The position numbers and the translations under genes are program-made. Shown here in pieces: positions 49,149 to 59,423 of a stretch of 64,000 bases of DNA. Origin of the DNA: an uncultured Chloroflexia bacterium. GTDB taxonomy: Bacteria > Chloroflexota > Limnocylindria > Limnocylindrales > CSP1-4. Location: NCBI GenBank assembly GCA_963790915.1, contig CAWBQS010000003.1:1603128-1667127 (forward strand), given 5' to 3'. Positions within the stretch are counted from its first letter, which is position 1; every line of letters starts with the position of its first letter. Below the pieces are notes generated by a model. The model searched no databases. It was not told the DNA's origin and was given only the letters and a program-made list of their open reading frames with translations.

Positions 49149-50630
49149 GTGAGCACAGACCAACCTCCATCCCTGGTCGCGGTCGTCATGGCCGCCGGGC
49201 AAGGGACGCGCATGCGTTCGCGGCTGCCCAAGGTCCTGCATCCCGTTTGCGGCCGACCGATGCTGGCCTGGGTCATCGATGCCGCCCTGACGGCCACCGG
49301 CGTCCGACCGACGGTCGTCGTCTCGCCGGCCATGCCGGAGGTCGGCCAGATCTTCGCGGCGGAGGCATCCTTCGCCCTGCAGGCGGAGCCGCGTGGCACG
49401 GCTGACGCGGTGCGTGCGGCCCTGCCGGCCCTGCCGTCGTCGGTCACCGAGGTGCTGGTGCTCTCCGGGGACGTGCCCCTCGTGGATCCTGCGGTCCTGC
49501 TGGAGCTGCTGGCTGCCCGCCGCGAGACCGAGGCTGCCATGGCCCTCATCAGCGTGGACATGGAGGACCCCGCACAGCTCGGCCGCGTCGTGCGCGACCG
49601 CAGCGGGCGCATCGCGCGCGTCGCCGAGGTCAAGGACGCCAGTCCCGCCGAGCTGGCCATCAGCGAGATCAACTCCGGTCTCTATGCATTCGACCTGGCC
49701 TGGCTGCGCCGCCGCATCGAGGACGTGACGCCCTCGCCGGTCAGTGCCGAGCTCTACCTGCCTGAGCTGGTAGGGCTGGCCCGCGCCGACGGTCGTCCCG
49801 TGGCCGTCCTCGAGGTGGAGGACGACGGCACCCTGCTGGGCATCAACGACCGCGCGCAGCTGGCCGATGCCGAGGTGGAGATGCGGCTGCGCATCAACGA
49901 GGCCCATATGCGGGCCGGCGTGACCCTGCAGGACCCGGCCAGCACCTTCATCGAGGCCGGCGTCGAGATCGCTCCTGACGTCACCATCGAGCCCGGCGTG
50001 AGCCTGCGGGGCGCTACGGTCATCGAGCGTGATGCGGTGATCCGCACCGGCAGCAACCTCGTCGACGCACGTATCGGCGAACGCAGCATCGTCTGGGCCA
50101 GCGTCGTGGAGGGCTCGGAGGTGGAGTCGGACGTCACCATCGGGCCGTTCTCCCACGTGCGCGGCGGTGCCCACATCGGCCGCGGCGTCCAGCTGGGCAA
50201 CTACGCGGAGGTCAAGAACAGCGTCCTGGGCGCCGGCACCAAGAGCCACCACTTCAGCTACCTCGGGGATGCCGACGTGGGGGAGCGCGTCAACATCGGG
50301 GCGGGCACCATCACGGCCAACTACGACGGCGTACGCAAGCACCGCACGCGCATCGGCGTCCGCGCCTTCATCGGATCGGACACCATCCTGCGCGCCCCGG
50401 TGAGCGTGGGCGAGGACGCCCTGACCGGCGCCGCCTCCCTGGTCACGCACGATGTCCCGGACGGCATGATGGCCCTCGGGGTGCCGGCCCGCATCCGCGA
50501 GCGGCGCCCTCGCCCGGAGGCCGACGACGTCGCCGCGGCTCCGCCGGGTGACAGCACGGAGCGCATCCCCGGGCCGCCGTCGGCGGAGGCCGAAGCAGCG
50601 GCTGCCCAGGAGGACGCCCCGCAGCCCTGA
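49149..50630 (+). CDS. glmU: bifunctional GlcNAc-1-P uridyltransferase / GlcN-1-P acetyltransferase
   Basis: VVMAAGQGTRMRS..PKVLH nucleotidyltransferase motif, then left-handed beta-helix hexapeptide repeats; Pro/Ala/Glu-rich tail. Confidence 0.95.
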   Translation: MSTDQPPSLVAVVMAAGQGTRMRSRLPKVLHPVCGRPMLAWVIDAALTATGVRPTVVVSPAMPEVGQIFAAEASFALQAEPRGTADAVRAALPALPSSVTEVLVLSGDVPLVDPAVLLELLAARRETEAAMALISVDMEDPAQLGRVVRDRSGRIARVAEVKDASPAELAISEINSGLYAFDLAWLRRRIEDVTPSPVSAELYLPELVGLARADGRPVAVLEVEDDGTLLGINDRAQLADAEVEMRLRINEAHMRAGVTLQDPASTFIEAGVEIAPDVTIEPGVSLRGATVIERDAVIRTGSNLVDARIGERSIVWASVVEGSEVESDVTIGPFSHVRGGAHIGRGVQLGNYAEVKNSVLGAGTKSHHFSYLGDADVGERVNIGAGTITANYDGVRKHRTRIGVRAFIGSDTILRAPVSVGEDALTGAASLVTHDVPDGMMALGVPARIRERRPRPEADDVAAAPPGDSTERIPGPPSAEAEAAAAQEDAPQP

Positions 50631-51961
50631 TGAGCACCACGCTCTTCGAGATCGTCGTCATCCTCGTTCTCGTCGCCGTGAACTCGGTCTTCGTGGCCGC
50701 CGAGATCGCCCTGGTGACGGTGCGCCGCAGTCGCATCCGCCAGCTCAGCGACGAGGGCGACGCGCGGGCGCGCCGCGTCGCGCGCATGACCGAGCGCCCC
50801 GGACCGCTGCTGGCCACCATCCAGCTCGGCATCACCTTCGTTGGCTTCCTGGCCGCGGCCTTCGCCGGCGCCAGCATCGCCAGACACCTCGCGGACGCCC
50901 TGCGTGCCGTCACGCCACTGGCCACGTCGGCGGATGTCATCGCCCTGCTCATCGTCACGCTCGTGGTCAGCCTCGTGAGCATCATCTTCGGCGAGCTGGT
51001 GCCAAAGACCCTGGCCCTCGCCCATGCCGAGCGCTACGCGCTGGCGCTGGCGCGGCCCGTCGAGCTGCTGGGCAGGCTCCTGGCACCGATCGTCTGGCTG
51101 CTCACGACCATCACCCATGCCATCACCCGCGTGCTGGGCGTCCGCGACGTGACCGATGACGCCATCACCAGCGAGGAGCTGCGCATCCTCGTGGAACGGG
51201 GAGGGGAGCAGGGCACCATCGAGGCCGAGGAGGAGCAGATGATCGGGGGCGTCCTCGAGCTCGGCGAGCGCCGCGTCCACGAGGTCATGGTCGCGCGCGT
51301 GGACATCGTGGCCCTCTCCGTGGATGCCTCCCTCGACGACATCGTGGCGACCATCATCGCGGAGGGCCACTCGCGCATCCCCGTCTTCGACCGCAGCATC
51401 GACAACATCGTGGGTGTCCTCTACGCCAAGGACCTGCTGCCCTTCCTGGTCGGCGTGGACCGCCCGCCCTCGCTCCGCGGCCTGGTGCGCACGCCGCTCT
51501 TCGTGCCGGAGTCGATGCTCGTGGATGACCTGCTGCACGGCCTGCAGCGGCGCCGCGTCCACGTCGCCATCGTCCTCGACGAGCACGGCGGCACGGCCGG
51601 GCTTGTCTCCATCGAGGACCTCATCGAGGAGATCGTGGGCGAGATCCAGGACGAGTACGACGAAGAGGAGCCCATGATCGTGCCCATCGGCGACGACGCC
51701 GTGCGCGTCGACGGTCGGGCGGACGTGGATGACCTGCTGGAGCACTTCGACGCGACCCTCGAGGGCAACGACCAGGAGGAGTTCGACACCGTCGGCGGGC
51801 TCGTCTACCACTACGTGGGCGGGGTGCCCAAGGTCGGTGACGTCGTCAGCGTGGGCGGCCTGCGACTGACGGTCGAGACCACGGACGGTCGCCGCGTGCG
51901 CACCGTCCGCGTGGAGCGGGTGGTCCCGCACGAACCGGAGGAGTCGGCCGAAACGCCGTAG
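50630..51961 (+). CDS. DUF21 / CBS-pair / CorC_HlyC (CNNM, TlyC-type) membrane protein
   Basis: TGATG overlap with glmU. N-terminal TM region with AEIALV, GELVPK; CBS pair (VHEVMVARVDI..., IPVFDRSIDNIVGVL); C-terminal transporter-associated domain. Confidence 0.9.
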   Translation: MSTTLFEIVVILVLVAVNSVFVAAEIALVTVRRSRIRQLSDEGDARARRVARMTERPGPLLATIQLGITFVGFLAAAFAGASIARHLADALRAVTPLATSADVIALLIVTLVVSLVSIIFGELVPKTLALAHAERYALALARPVELLGRLLAPIVWLLTTITHAITRVLGVRDVTDDAITSEELRILVERGGEQGTIEAEEEQMIGGVLELGERRVHEVMVARVDIVALSVDASLDDIVATIIAEGHSRIPVFDRSIDNIVGVLYAKDLLPFLVGVDRPPSLRGLVRTPLFVPESMLVDDLLHGLQRRRVHVAIVLDEHGGTAGLVSIEDLIEEIVGEIQDEYDEEEPMIVPIGDDAVRVDGRADVDDLLEHFDATLEGNDQEEFDTVGGLVYHYVGGVPKVGDVVSVGGLRLTVETTDGRRVRTVRVERVVPHEPEESAETP

Positions 51962-52005
51962 GCCCCGGCGACACCGATGCCCGGCGACAGATGCCGCGCG
52001 CGCCC

Positions 52006-53055
52006 TCAGGCGGAGATGGCGGCCTCGACGATGCCGCGCAGCCGCTCGACGGCCTCCCGATCGAGGTGCGCTGCCACGCCCATCTCGGCCAGGGCAGCGT
52101 CGCGGTGCTGGCGGGCCTGCTCGCGTGTGTAGGCGTGCGCGCCGACGCGCTCCAGGATGGCGCGCGCCTCGGCCACCTCGGCGGCTGTCGCCGGCACATC
52201 GGACTGGGCGAGGATGGCACGCAATCGCTCCCCGTCGCTGCCCGCCGTCGCCCCCAGCGCATAGATGAGGGGCAGGGTCTTCTTGCGCGCGGCGATGTCG
52301 GAGGTTTCCTTGCCGGTCACGGCGGCATCACCCCAGATGCCCAGCAGGTCATCGTTGAGCTGGAAGGCCAGGCCCAGGGACCAGCCGAAGCGGCGATAGG
52401 CGGCGATGATGGCCTCATCCTCCGTGGCCAGGATGGCGCCCGCCTCCGCCGAGCCGGCGATGAGCGCGGCCGTCTTGCGACCGATCATGTCGAAGTACTC
52501 GTCCACGGACATCCAGGTGTCGTGCTCGGAGCTCCAGATGTCCATGAACTGGCCTTCGCAGAGGGCCAGGCAGGTCTCGTCGTAGAGGCGCATCAGGCGC
52601 AGCACGCGGGCATCGTCGAAGCCCTCGTCGCGGAGGCGGTAGAGGGCCATGCGGCTGAGCGTGAAGAGCGTGTCGCCGGTGTTGATGGCCTGCGGCACGC
52701 CCGCTACCGTCCAGAGAGCCGGGCGATGGCGGCGCTCCGGCCCGTTGTCCTCGATGTCATCGTGGACGAGGCTGAAGTTGTGGCCCATCTCGACGGCCGC
52801 CGCACCCGGCAGGGCCCGGGAATGGTCGCCCGTGATGGACTGGTAGGCGAGCAGCCCGATGAGCGGCCGCATGCGCTTGCCGCGCGGCGCGTCGCGGTCC
52901 AGGCCGAGGTGATAGCGGACCATGTCGTACAGCTCGCGCGTGCGCTCGTCCTCGGCTTCGCGGATGACGTCCAGGATGGCCGACTCCGTGTCGGCGATGA
53001 GGCGGTCGAGGTCGATGTCCGTCAGCACGTCGAATATGATACCGGTCGATAGCAC
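52006..53055 (-). CDS. trans-polyprenyl diphosphate synthase
   Basis: GTG at 53055 (GAGGAG 11 nt upstream) within ORF 52006..53514. First Asp-rich motif LVHDDIED and second motif FQLNDDLLG; KRMRP motif. Confidence 0.88.
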   Translation of the reverse strand: MLSTGIIFDVLTDIDLDRLIADTESAILDVIREAEDERTRELYDMVRYHLGLDRDAPRGKRMRPLIGLLAYQSITGDHSRALPGAAAVEMGHNFSLVHDDIEDNGPERRHRPALWTVAGVPQAINTGDTLFTLSRMALYRLRDEGFDDARVLRLMRLYDETCLALCEGQFMDIWSSEHDTWMSVDEYFDMIGRKTAALIAGSAEAGAILATEDEAIIAAYRRFGWSLGLAFQLNDDLLGIWGDAAVTGKETSDIAARKKTLPLIYALGATAGSDGERLRAILAQSDVPATAAEVAEARAILERVGAHAYTREQARQHRDAALAEMGVAAHLDREAVERLRGIVEAAISA

Positions 53056-53154
53056 GATGCAGCGCGCTCCTCTGGACGAGGCCGGGCACGGCCGAGGATG
53101 GCGCTCGCCGCCGGGGTGACCACGGCACGACGCGGGCTCGGATAGGCTCACGGC

Positions 53155-53931
53155 GTGCCACGGCCTCGCACCTACAAGACGCGCGCCATCGTCCTGGCCC
53201 ACTTCGACCTGGGCGAGGCCGACCGCATCCTCACGCTCCTCACGCCGGAGGCGGGCAAGCTGCGCGCCATCGCCAAGGGCGTGCGCCGTTCGCGCAGCCG
53301 CATCGGGGGCAGCGTGGAGCCCTTCGCCGAGCTGGACCTGGTGCTGGCGCGCGGCCGCGACCTGGACGTCGTCACCTCGGTGGCTGTGTCGCGCGCCTGG
53401 CTGAACCTGCGCGACCGGCTGGACGCCACGGCCACGGCCTGGTACCTGGGCGAGCTGGCCGACCGTGCCGTGGAGGAGCGCGCCGGCGCCCACCCCGTCT
53501 ACGGTCTCCTGCATCGCGCCTGCCAGCTTCTCGACGACGGCATGGAGCCTGGGCGCGTGGCCCGCTGGTACGAGGACGGCCTGTCAGACGCGCTGGGCGT
53601 GCGTCCGGAGCTGGATCGCTGCGTGGAGTGCGATCGCCCCCTCGAGGAGGATGACGCCTTCCGCTGGGTGCCCGCCCTCGGCGGCGTCCTCTGCAGCTCC
53701 CATCCAGCGCCGCCGGCTGCCGCGAGTCCATTGCCCCTGCCCGCCCTGAAGCTACTGCGCGCATACCGTCGCCTGGACGTCGAGGCCCTGGCCGCACTGC
53801 GCCTGCCTGCCGACGTCGAGGCCCAGGTCGAGGGGCTGATGCGCCGCTACATGCGCTTCGTCCTGGAGCGCGAGCCGCGCTCGCTGGCCTTCGTGGACGA
53901 GGTGCGTTACCGCCCGACCGCCGGGGACTAG
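53155..53931 (+). CDS. recO: DNA repair protein RecO
   Basis: TRAIVLAHFDLGEADRILTLLTPEAGKLRAIAKGVRR (OB fold), zinc motif CVECDRP...LCSSH. Confidence 0.92.
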   Translation: MPRPRTYKTRAIVLAHFDLGEADRILTLLTPEAGKLRAIAKGVRRSRSRIGGSVEPFAELDLVLARGRDLDVVTSVAVSRAWLNLRDRLDATATAWYLGELADRAVEERAGAHPVYGLLHRACQLLDDGMEPGRVARWYEDGLSDALGVRPELDRCVECDRPLEEDDAFRWVPALGGVLCSSHPAPPAAASPLPLPALKLLRAYRRLDVEALAALRLPADVEAQVEGLMRRYMRFVLEREPRSLAFVDEVRYRPTAGD

Positions 53932-53986
53932 CCAGGCGCGTCCGGATACGCGATGATGGCGCCCCGAAATCAATCATCGCGGAGGT

Positions 53987-54559
53987 ATGACATTGCGCCC
54001 CAGCAGAACTCGCGCCAGCGTTGCCGTCGTGGCCGCGGCGCTCACCCTCGTCATCGGCACCCAGGCGGCCCTGGCCGTCACGCCCATCGCTGAGACCGGC
54101 AAGCGCGGCACGTGGATCCTCGTCGACAGCGAGGCATCGCCAGCGGCCACCTGCATCTACGACGCGCCCGGGGGCATGGGCAACGACCTCGACATCATGG
54201 AGGCAAAGAGCCCGCGCGTCCGTGCCCGCGACCGCACCGCGGGACGGGATGGCCAGTGGGTCGGCATCCGCATCGTCTTCCAGCGCTCCGTGAACGACGG
54301 CGGTACCGGCGGCTGGCGGAGGGCGGCCCAGACGCCCCTCATCAAGAAGTTCGCCCATGACGACAAGGCGGTGTCCATCGGCCGTCGCAGCTGGCAGGCC
54401 GCCTACTCGGGCACGCCCCACTTCCGCGTGCTGGCCAAGATCACGTTCTACAAGCCAGGGACGGCGTCCACGGTCCAGGGCGCCACGACGCTGCGCTACG
54501 AGTGGTACGAGACAGGCGGCAGCAACCCCGAGATGGACCGCTGCCTGCCCGAGCCCTAG
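53987..54559 (+). CDS. secreted hypothetical protein (190 aa)
   Basis: Signal peptide MTLRPSRTRASVAVVAAALTLVIGTQAALA|VTP. TTG 53993 has better spacing to GGAGG (53981-53985) than ATG 53987. No family recognised. Confidence 0.7.
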   Translation: MTLRPSRTRASVAVVAAALTLVIGTQAALAVTPIAETGKRGTWILVDSEASPAATCIYDAPGGMGNDLDIMEAKSPRVRARDRTAGRDGQWVGIRIVFQRSVNDGGTGGWRRAAQTPLIKKFAHDDKAVSIGRRSWQAAYSGTPHFRVLAKITFYKPGTASTVQGATTLRYEWYETGGSNPEMDRCLPEP

Positions 54560-54651
54560 GAATAGACCCTTGCGCGGTGCCGGGCGGCTCCGCTACCGTC
54601 TTTCCATCCGACCGACCGGTCGGCCCGCTGGGGGGCTGGAGGTGTGTCGGG

Positions 54652-55263
54652 ATGCACAGAGGGACACGTATCGGCTCGATGGGACTGACCGTGGCGGTCG
54701 TCCTCGCGCTGGCCCAGGCGCTCACCGCGACCGCTGCGCCGGTGCGCTTCGGCGCCAAGCTCACGACGGATACCCAGCCGCAGCCCGCGCTGTGGTGTGA
54801 CGAGCCGAACGAGGACCCGCCCCACGCCGACTGCACCTGGATCCTGAACGAGGCGCACCAGCGCAACGGTGGCGAGAAGGCGCCGAAGGCCGGGACGATC
54901 GGTCGCGTGCGGCTGATGTCCTGCGAAGGCGGCAGCTTCAAGGTCCAGGTGGCGCGCAAGGTGCCGGGGACCAGCCGCTACCGCGTGGTGAAGAGCGGCC
55001 CCACGATCAACTACCAGGGCGACCCGCAGGGCTGCGGCGATAACGACGACTTCACCTACAGGATCGAGTCCTTCGCCACGAGCTTCACCGTCAGCCGGGG
55101 TGACCGCATCGCCATCAAGGCCAAGCGCACCGGCACCCTGCGCTGCGGGTCGGGAGGCCCCAACACTCTGCTCTTCACCCCGCCGCTCGTGGCTGGCGGC
55201 AACGCCAGGACTTCGACGGACACACAGGGCTGCCTGCTCCTCGTCGAGTGGCAGTACCGGTAG
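54652..55263 (+). CDS. secreted Cys-rich hypothetical protein (203 aa)
   Basis: ATG 54652 is 9 nt after GGAGG. Signal peptide MHRGTRIGSMGLTVAVVLALAQALTATA|APV. Seven Cys in the mature part. No family recognised. Confidence 0.7.
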   Translation: MHRGTRIGSMGLTVAVVLALAQALTATAAPVRFGAKLTTDTQPQPALWCDEPNEDPPHADCTWILNEAHQRNGGEKAPKAGTIGRVRLMSCEGGSFKVQVARKVPGTSRYRVVKSGPTINYQGDPQGCGDNDDFTYRIESFATSFTVSRGDRIAIKAKRTGTLRCGSGGPNTLLFTPPLVAGGNARTSTDTQGCLLLVEWQYR

Positions 55264-55329
55264 GCCTCGCCGGCGCCTGATGGCAGTGAGCCTGCCTTCG
55301 GCGACCAGACCCTGACATCGTTCGCAAAC

Positions 55330-55362
55330 GCTGACCCGGCCGGCACATCCGACCGGGTCAGC
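55330..55362 (+). terminator. stem-loop between the secreted-protein gene and glyQS
   Basis: GCTGACCCGG (55330-55339), 13-nt loop, CCGGGTCAGC (55353-55362): perfect 10-bp stem. No U tract. Confidence 0.35.
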
Positions 55363-55433
55363 GCGTACCTGCGACAATCCGCGCAGCCGACCGGCACTGC
55401 CATCGCCGGCGCCCCTGCAGGAGACCCCGTGCC

Positions 55434-56864
55434 ATGACCCCGTCCTCCCCTGAGCTCGTGCCCGCTGCTGACGCCCAGACCGATCCGGGCCCCGCCCTCG
55501 CCGACCTGGACACCATCGTCTCGCTGTCCAAGCGACGCGGCTTCATCTTCCCGTCGTCCGAGATCTACGGTGGCATCAACGCCGTCTGGGACTATGGGCC
55601 GCTGGGCGTGGAGCTCAAGAACAACGTCAAGCGAGCCTGGTGGCGGGCCATGGTCCAGGAGCGCGACGATATCGTCGGCCTGGACGCCGGCATCCTGATG
55701 CACCCGCAGGTGTGGGTCACCTCCGGCCACGTGGGCTCCTTCTCCGACCCGCTCGTGGAGTGCGCCACCTGCCACCGCCGCTACCGGCTCGACGAGCTGC
55801 CCAGCGCCGGGTCCCTCAGCGCAACGGACCTGCGCGACGAGACGATCGTCGAGCGCCTGGGCCTGGTCTGCCCGGCGGACGGGGGACCGCTCTCGCCACC
55901 GCGGCGCTTCAACCTCATGTTCAAGACGCACATGGGCCCCGTCGAGGAGGACGCCGCGGTCGTCTACCTGCGACCCGAGACGGCTCAGGGCTCCTACGTC
56001 AACTTCAAGTCGGTCCAGCAGGCCAGCCGCCGCAAGGTGCCCTTCGGCATCGCCCAGATCGGCAAGTCCTTCCGCAACGAGATCAGCCCCGGCAACTTCG
56101 TCTTCCGCATGCGCGAGTTCGAGCAGATGGAGATGCAGTACTTCGTGACGCCGGGGGAGGGGGCCGCGGCCGCCTTCGAGACCTGGCTGCCGGCCCGGCT
56201 GGCGTGGTACGAGCGCTACGGTGTGACGCCAGCGCGGCTGCGCTTCCGCGAGCATGCCCCCGACGAGCTGGCGCACTACGCCAAGAAGGCCATCGATGTC
56301 GAGTACCGCTTCCCCTTCGGCTGGAAGGAGCTGGAGGGCATCCACAACCGCGGCGACTTCGACCTGGGCAGCCACGCCCGTGCCTCCGGCGAGAACCTCG
56401 AGTACTTCGATCCGGCGACCGAGGAGCACTACATCCCCTGGGTCGTGGAGACGGCTGCCGGCGCCGACCGTGCTGCCTTCACCTTCCTCATCGACGCCTA
56501 TCACGAGGAGCAGGTCCGGGACGAGACGCGCGTCGTCCTGCGCCTGCACCCGGACCTGGCGCCCTACAAGGTAGCGGTCCTGCCCCTGCTCAAGAAGCGC
56601 CCCGAGATCGTGGAGCTCTGCCACCGCATCAAGGCTGACCTCAAGCAGGACATGATGGCCGTCTACGACGACACGGCCGCCATCGGCAAGCTCTACCGGC
56701 GCCAGGACGAGATCGGCACGCCGTGGTGCGTGACCGTGGACGTGGACTCCCTGGAGGACGGCGCGGTGACGATCCGCGATCGGGACAGCATGACCCAGGA
56801 GCGCGTGCCGGCGGCGAACGTCAAGCGCGTCATCCTCGATCGCCTGGCGGCCGCGCGCCGCTGA
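55434..56864 (+). CDS. glyQS: glycine--tRNA ligase (homodimeric GlyQS type)
   Basis: [37 protein letters not shown], class II motif 3 region; 476 aa. Confidence 0.96.
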   Translation: MTPSSPELVPAADAQTDPGPALADLDTIVSLSKRRGFIFPSSEIYGGINAVWDYGPLGVELKNNVKRAWWRAMVQERDDIVGLDAGILMHPQVWVTSGHVGSFSDPLVECATCHRRYRLDELPSAGSLSATDLRDETIVERLGLVCPADGGPLSPPRRFNLMFKTHMGPVEEDAAVVYLRPETAQGSYVNFKSVQQASRRKVPFGIAQIGKSFRNEISPGNFVFRMREFEQMEMQYFVTPGEGAAAAFETWLPARLAWYERYGVTPARLRFREHAPDELAHYAKKAIDVEYRFPFGWKELEGIHNRGDFDLGSHARASGENLEYFDPATEEHYIPWVVETAAGADRAAFTFLIDAYHEEQVRDETRVVLRLHPDLAPYKVAVLPLLKKRPEIVELCHRIKADLKQDMMAVYDDTAAIGKLYRRQDEIGTPWCVTVDVDSLEDGAVTIRDRDSMTQERVPAANVKRVILDRLAAARR

Positions 56865-56901
56865 GCCGCTCGGCGGGCGTCTGCAGCAGCCGGCGCCTGC
56901 C

Positions 56902-58401
56902 CTAGCCGGCGCTCGTCGGGATGGGACTGGCCTGCTCTGCCGCGGACTGCTCGAGTGCCAGTGCCTGGGCGGCCGGCAGCAGGCCGGCCACGCTCTCCAG
57001 GTAGCGCTCGATGGCATGAGCGGCACGTTTGCCGTCTCCCATGGCCAGGATGACCGTGGCGGCGCCGCGCACGATGTCACCGCCGGCGAAGATGCCGGGC
57101 ACGCTGGTCATGCCTTCGTCGTCGACGACGAGATAGCCCCACTCGTTGATGCGCAGGTCCGGCTCACTGGACGTGAGCATCGGATTGCTGCGCGTGCCGA
57201 TGGCCACCACGACCATGTCACAGCCGATGACGTACTCGGAGTCGGGGATCGGCCGCGGTCGGCGCCGGCCGGAGGCGTCCGGCTCCCCCAGCTCCATCAT
57301 CTGGCACTCCATGCCCGTGACCCAGCCGTCCTCGTTGCCGATGATGCGCACGGGAGCGGCCATGAGCTCGAAGCTGACGCCTTCCTCCTCCGCGTGGTGG
57401 ACCTCCTCGCGGCGCGCGGGCAGCTCATCCTTGCCGCGCCGGTAGGCGACGGTGGCCTCCTTGGCGCCCATGCGTACGGCCGTCCGCACGGAGTCCATGG
57501 CCACGTTGCCGCCGCCCACGACGACGACACGCTGGCCCTGCAGCACGGGCGTGTCCGTGTCCTTGCGGAAGGCGCCCATCAGGTTGACGCGGGTGAGGTA
57601 CTCGTTGGCCGAGTAGACGCCCTTGAGCTCCTCGCCGGGGATGCCCATGAAGACAGGCAGGCCGGCGCCCACGGCGATGAAGACCGCGTCGAAGTCCTGG
57701 CGCAGCTCGCGCAGTGTCCAGGTCTTGCCGACGATGGCGTTGACCTCGATGGTCACGCCCAGCCCGCGCAGTCGGTCGACCTCCTTCTGCACGATGTCCT
57801 TGGGCAGTCGGAACTCCGGGATGCCGTAGATGAGCACGCCCCCGGGCGCGTGGAAGGCCTCGAAGACGGTGACCTTGTGGCCCGATCGCGCCAGCTCGCC
57901 GGCGGCCGTCAGGCCAGCCGGGCCGGAGCCCACGATGGCGACGCGCTTGCCGGTGTCCGGGTCGCGGCGGCTCTCCAGCTCGTCGAGGTGCTCCAGGGCC
58001 CAGTCGGCGACGAAGCGCTCGAGGGCACCGACGGCCACGGGCTCGCCCTTCTTCTTGCGGATGCAGAGACCTTCGCACTGCGTCTCCTGCGGGCAGACGC
58101 GGCCCGTGACGCAGGGCAGGGCGTTGTCATCGAGGAGCGATTCCGCCGCGCCCTTGAGGTCCCCTTCCGCGAGCAGGGAGATGAAGCGCGGGATGTTGAC
58201 GCGCACGGGGCAGCCGTCGATGCAGCGCGGGTTCCGGCAATCGAGGCAGCGCTCGGCCTCCTCCATGGCCAGGACCTGGGAGTAGCCCAGGTTGACCTCG
58301 CGGAAGTCCATGGCCCGGATGACCGCCGAGCGGGCCGGGACCTCGTGTCGCTCGATGCGCATGCGCTCCTGGGGGGAGAGCTCCGGGCGCTCGCTGGTCA
58401 T
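56902..58401 (-). CDS. nfnB: GltD-family NADPH-dependent FAD/[4Fe-4S] oxidoreductase large subunit (NfnB / SudA-like)
   Basis: N-terminal Cys clusters CLDCRNPRCIDGCP and CVTGRVCPQETQCEGLC; dinucleotide folds VAIVGSGPAGL and VVVVGGGNVAMD. Paired with a PyrK-like subunit upstream. Confidence 0.8.
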   Translation of the reverse strand: MTSERPELSPQERMRIERHEVPARSAVIRAMDFREVNLGYSQVLAMEEAERCLDCRNPRCIDGCPVRVNIPRFISLLAEGDLKGAAESLLDDNALPCVTGRVCPQETQCEGLCIRKKKGEPVAVGALERFVADWALEHLDELESRRDPDTGKRVAIVGSGPAGLTAAGELARSGHKVTVFEAFHAPGGVLIYGIPEFRLPKDIVQKEVDRLRGLGVTIEVNAIVGKTWTLRELRQDFDAVFIAVGAGLPVFMGIPGEELKGVYSANEYLTRVNLMGAFRKDTDTPVLQGQRVVVVGGGNVAMDSVRTAVRMGAKEATVAYRRGKDELPARREEVHHAEEEGVSFELMAAPVRIIGNEDGWVTGMECQMMELGEPDASGRRRPRPIPDSEYVIGCDMVVVAIGTRSNPMLTSSEPDLRINEWGYLVVDDEGMTSVPGIFAGGDIVRGAATVILAMGDGKRAAHAIERYLESVAGLLPAAQALALEQSAAEQASPIPTSAG

Positions 58402-59258
58402 CTGGCCGCGTCCGCTCCCGCCATCTCAGCCAGGGTGTCCATCAGGCAGCGACTGCCCTCGAAGGACTGGCGCTCCACGTCCCGGTACATGGCGAGGCGG
58501 TCGGCGAGCTGCTTGAAGTCCACCCGGTGCGCGTCGAACTCCGGCCCGTCGACGCAGGCATAGACGATCTCGCCGGCGACCTTGACGCGGCAGCCCCCGC
58601 ACATGCCCGTGCCGTCCACCATGATCGTGTTGAGCGAGACCGTGGTGGGCACCGCGTAGGGGCGCGTGGCCTCCGCGACGGCACCCATCATGGGCACCGG
58701 GCCCACGGCGTAGACGTGGTCGACGCCACCGGCCTCGAGCATGTCACGGAGCTCGTCGGTGACGAAGCCGTGGCGCCCGTAGGAGCCATCATCGGTGCAG
58801 ACGCGGACGTCGCCGTAGCGGCCCAGCTCCTCTTCGAAGATGACCCATTCGCGAGCGCGCCCGCCGATGATGCTGGTGACCTGGACGCCGTTGGCGGCGA
58901 GGCCCTGGGCCAGGGGATGCACCACGGCCGTCCCGACGCCACCGCCCACGCACACCGCGTGGCCGTGCTCGATGAGCTCCGTGGGCTTGCCGAGTGGACC
59001 GGCGACGTCCTGGATGGCGTCACCGACATCGAGCACGCAGAGGTCGCAGGAGGTCTTGCCCACGGCCTGGATGACCAGCGTGATCGTGCCGGCCACGGGG
59101 TCGGCATCCGCGATCGTGAGCGGGATGCGCTCCGCTCCCTCGCCACGACGCACGATGACGAACTGGCCGGGCTGCCGCACCGTGGCGATGCGGGGAGCCT
59201 CGATGACGAGCCGCGAGACGTTGGGTGACAGGATCTCTCGATGGACGACTGGATGCAT
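58398..59258 (-). CDS. nfnA: PyrK-like FAD/[2Fe-2S] electron-transfer subunit (NfnA / SudB-like)
   Basis: ATG at 59258 gives MHPVVHREIL. RIPLTIAD FAD motif, VGGGVGTA, C-terminal cluster motif CGGCRV...ACVDGPEF. ATGA overlap with the downstream large subunit. Confidence 0.78.
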   Translation of the reverse strand: MHPVVHREILSPNVSRLVIEAPRIATVRQPGQFVIVRRGEGAERIPLTIADADPVAGTITLVIQAVGKTSCDLCVLDVGDAIQDVAGPLGKPTELIEHGHAVCVGGGVGTAVVHPLAQGLAANGVQVTSIIGGRAREWVIFEEELGRYGDVRVCTDDGSYGRHGFVTDELRDMLEAGGVDHVYAVGPVPMMGAVAEATRPYAVPTTVSLNTIMVDGTGMCGGCRVKVAGEIVYACVDGPEFDAHRVDFKQLADRLAMYRDVERQSFEGSRCLMDTLAEMAGADAAR

Positions 59259-59423
59259 CAGGCTCTCAAAGCGCGCGTGCTGCAGCGGGTGGTCCGTGCA
59301 CACCCGGGGGGTCCGGGTGGGGCCCACGCAGTGCGGTGCTCCCTTCGGGTCCTACGGTACAGCATCCCCGCGCCGGCTGGCCCGCCCGTCCCTGGTCGCT
59401 GGGCCTGACCCGGTCGGCCCGGA

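Noticed and set aside
55264-55433. T-box leader upstream of glyQS.
   Set aside because: No T-box consensus (…GGTGGNACCGCG…) and no specifier-loop architecture is visible. Only a simple 10-bp hairpin is present.
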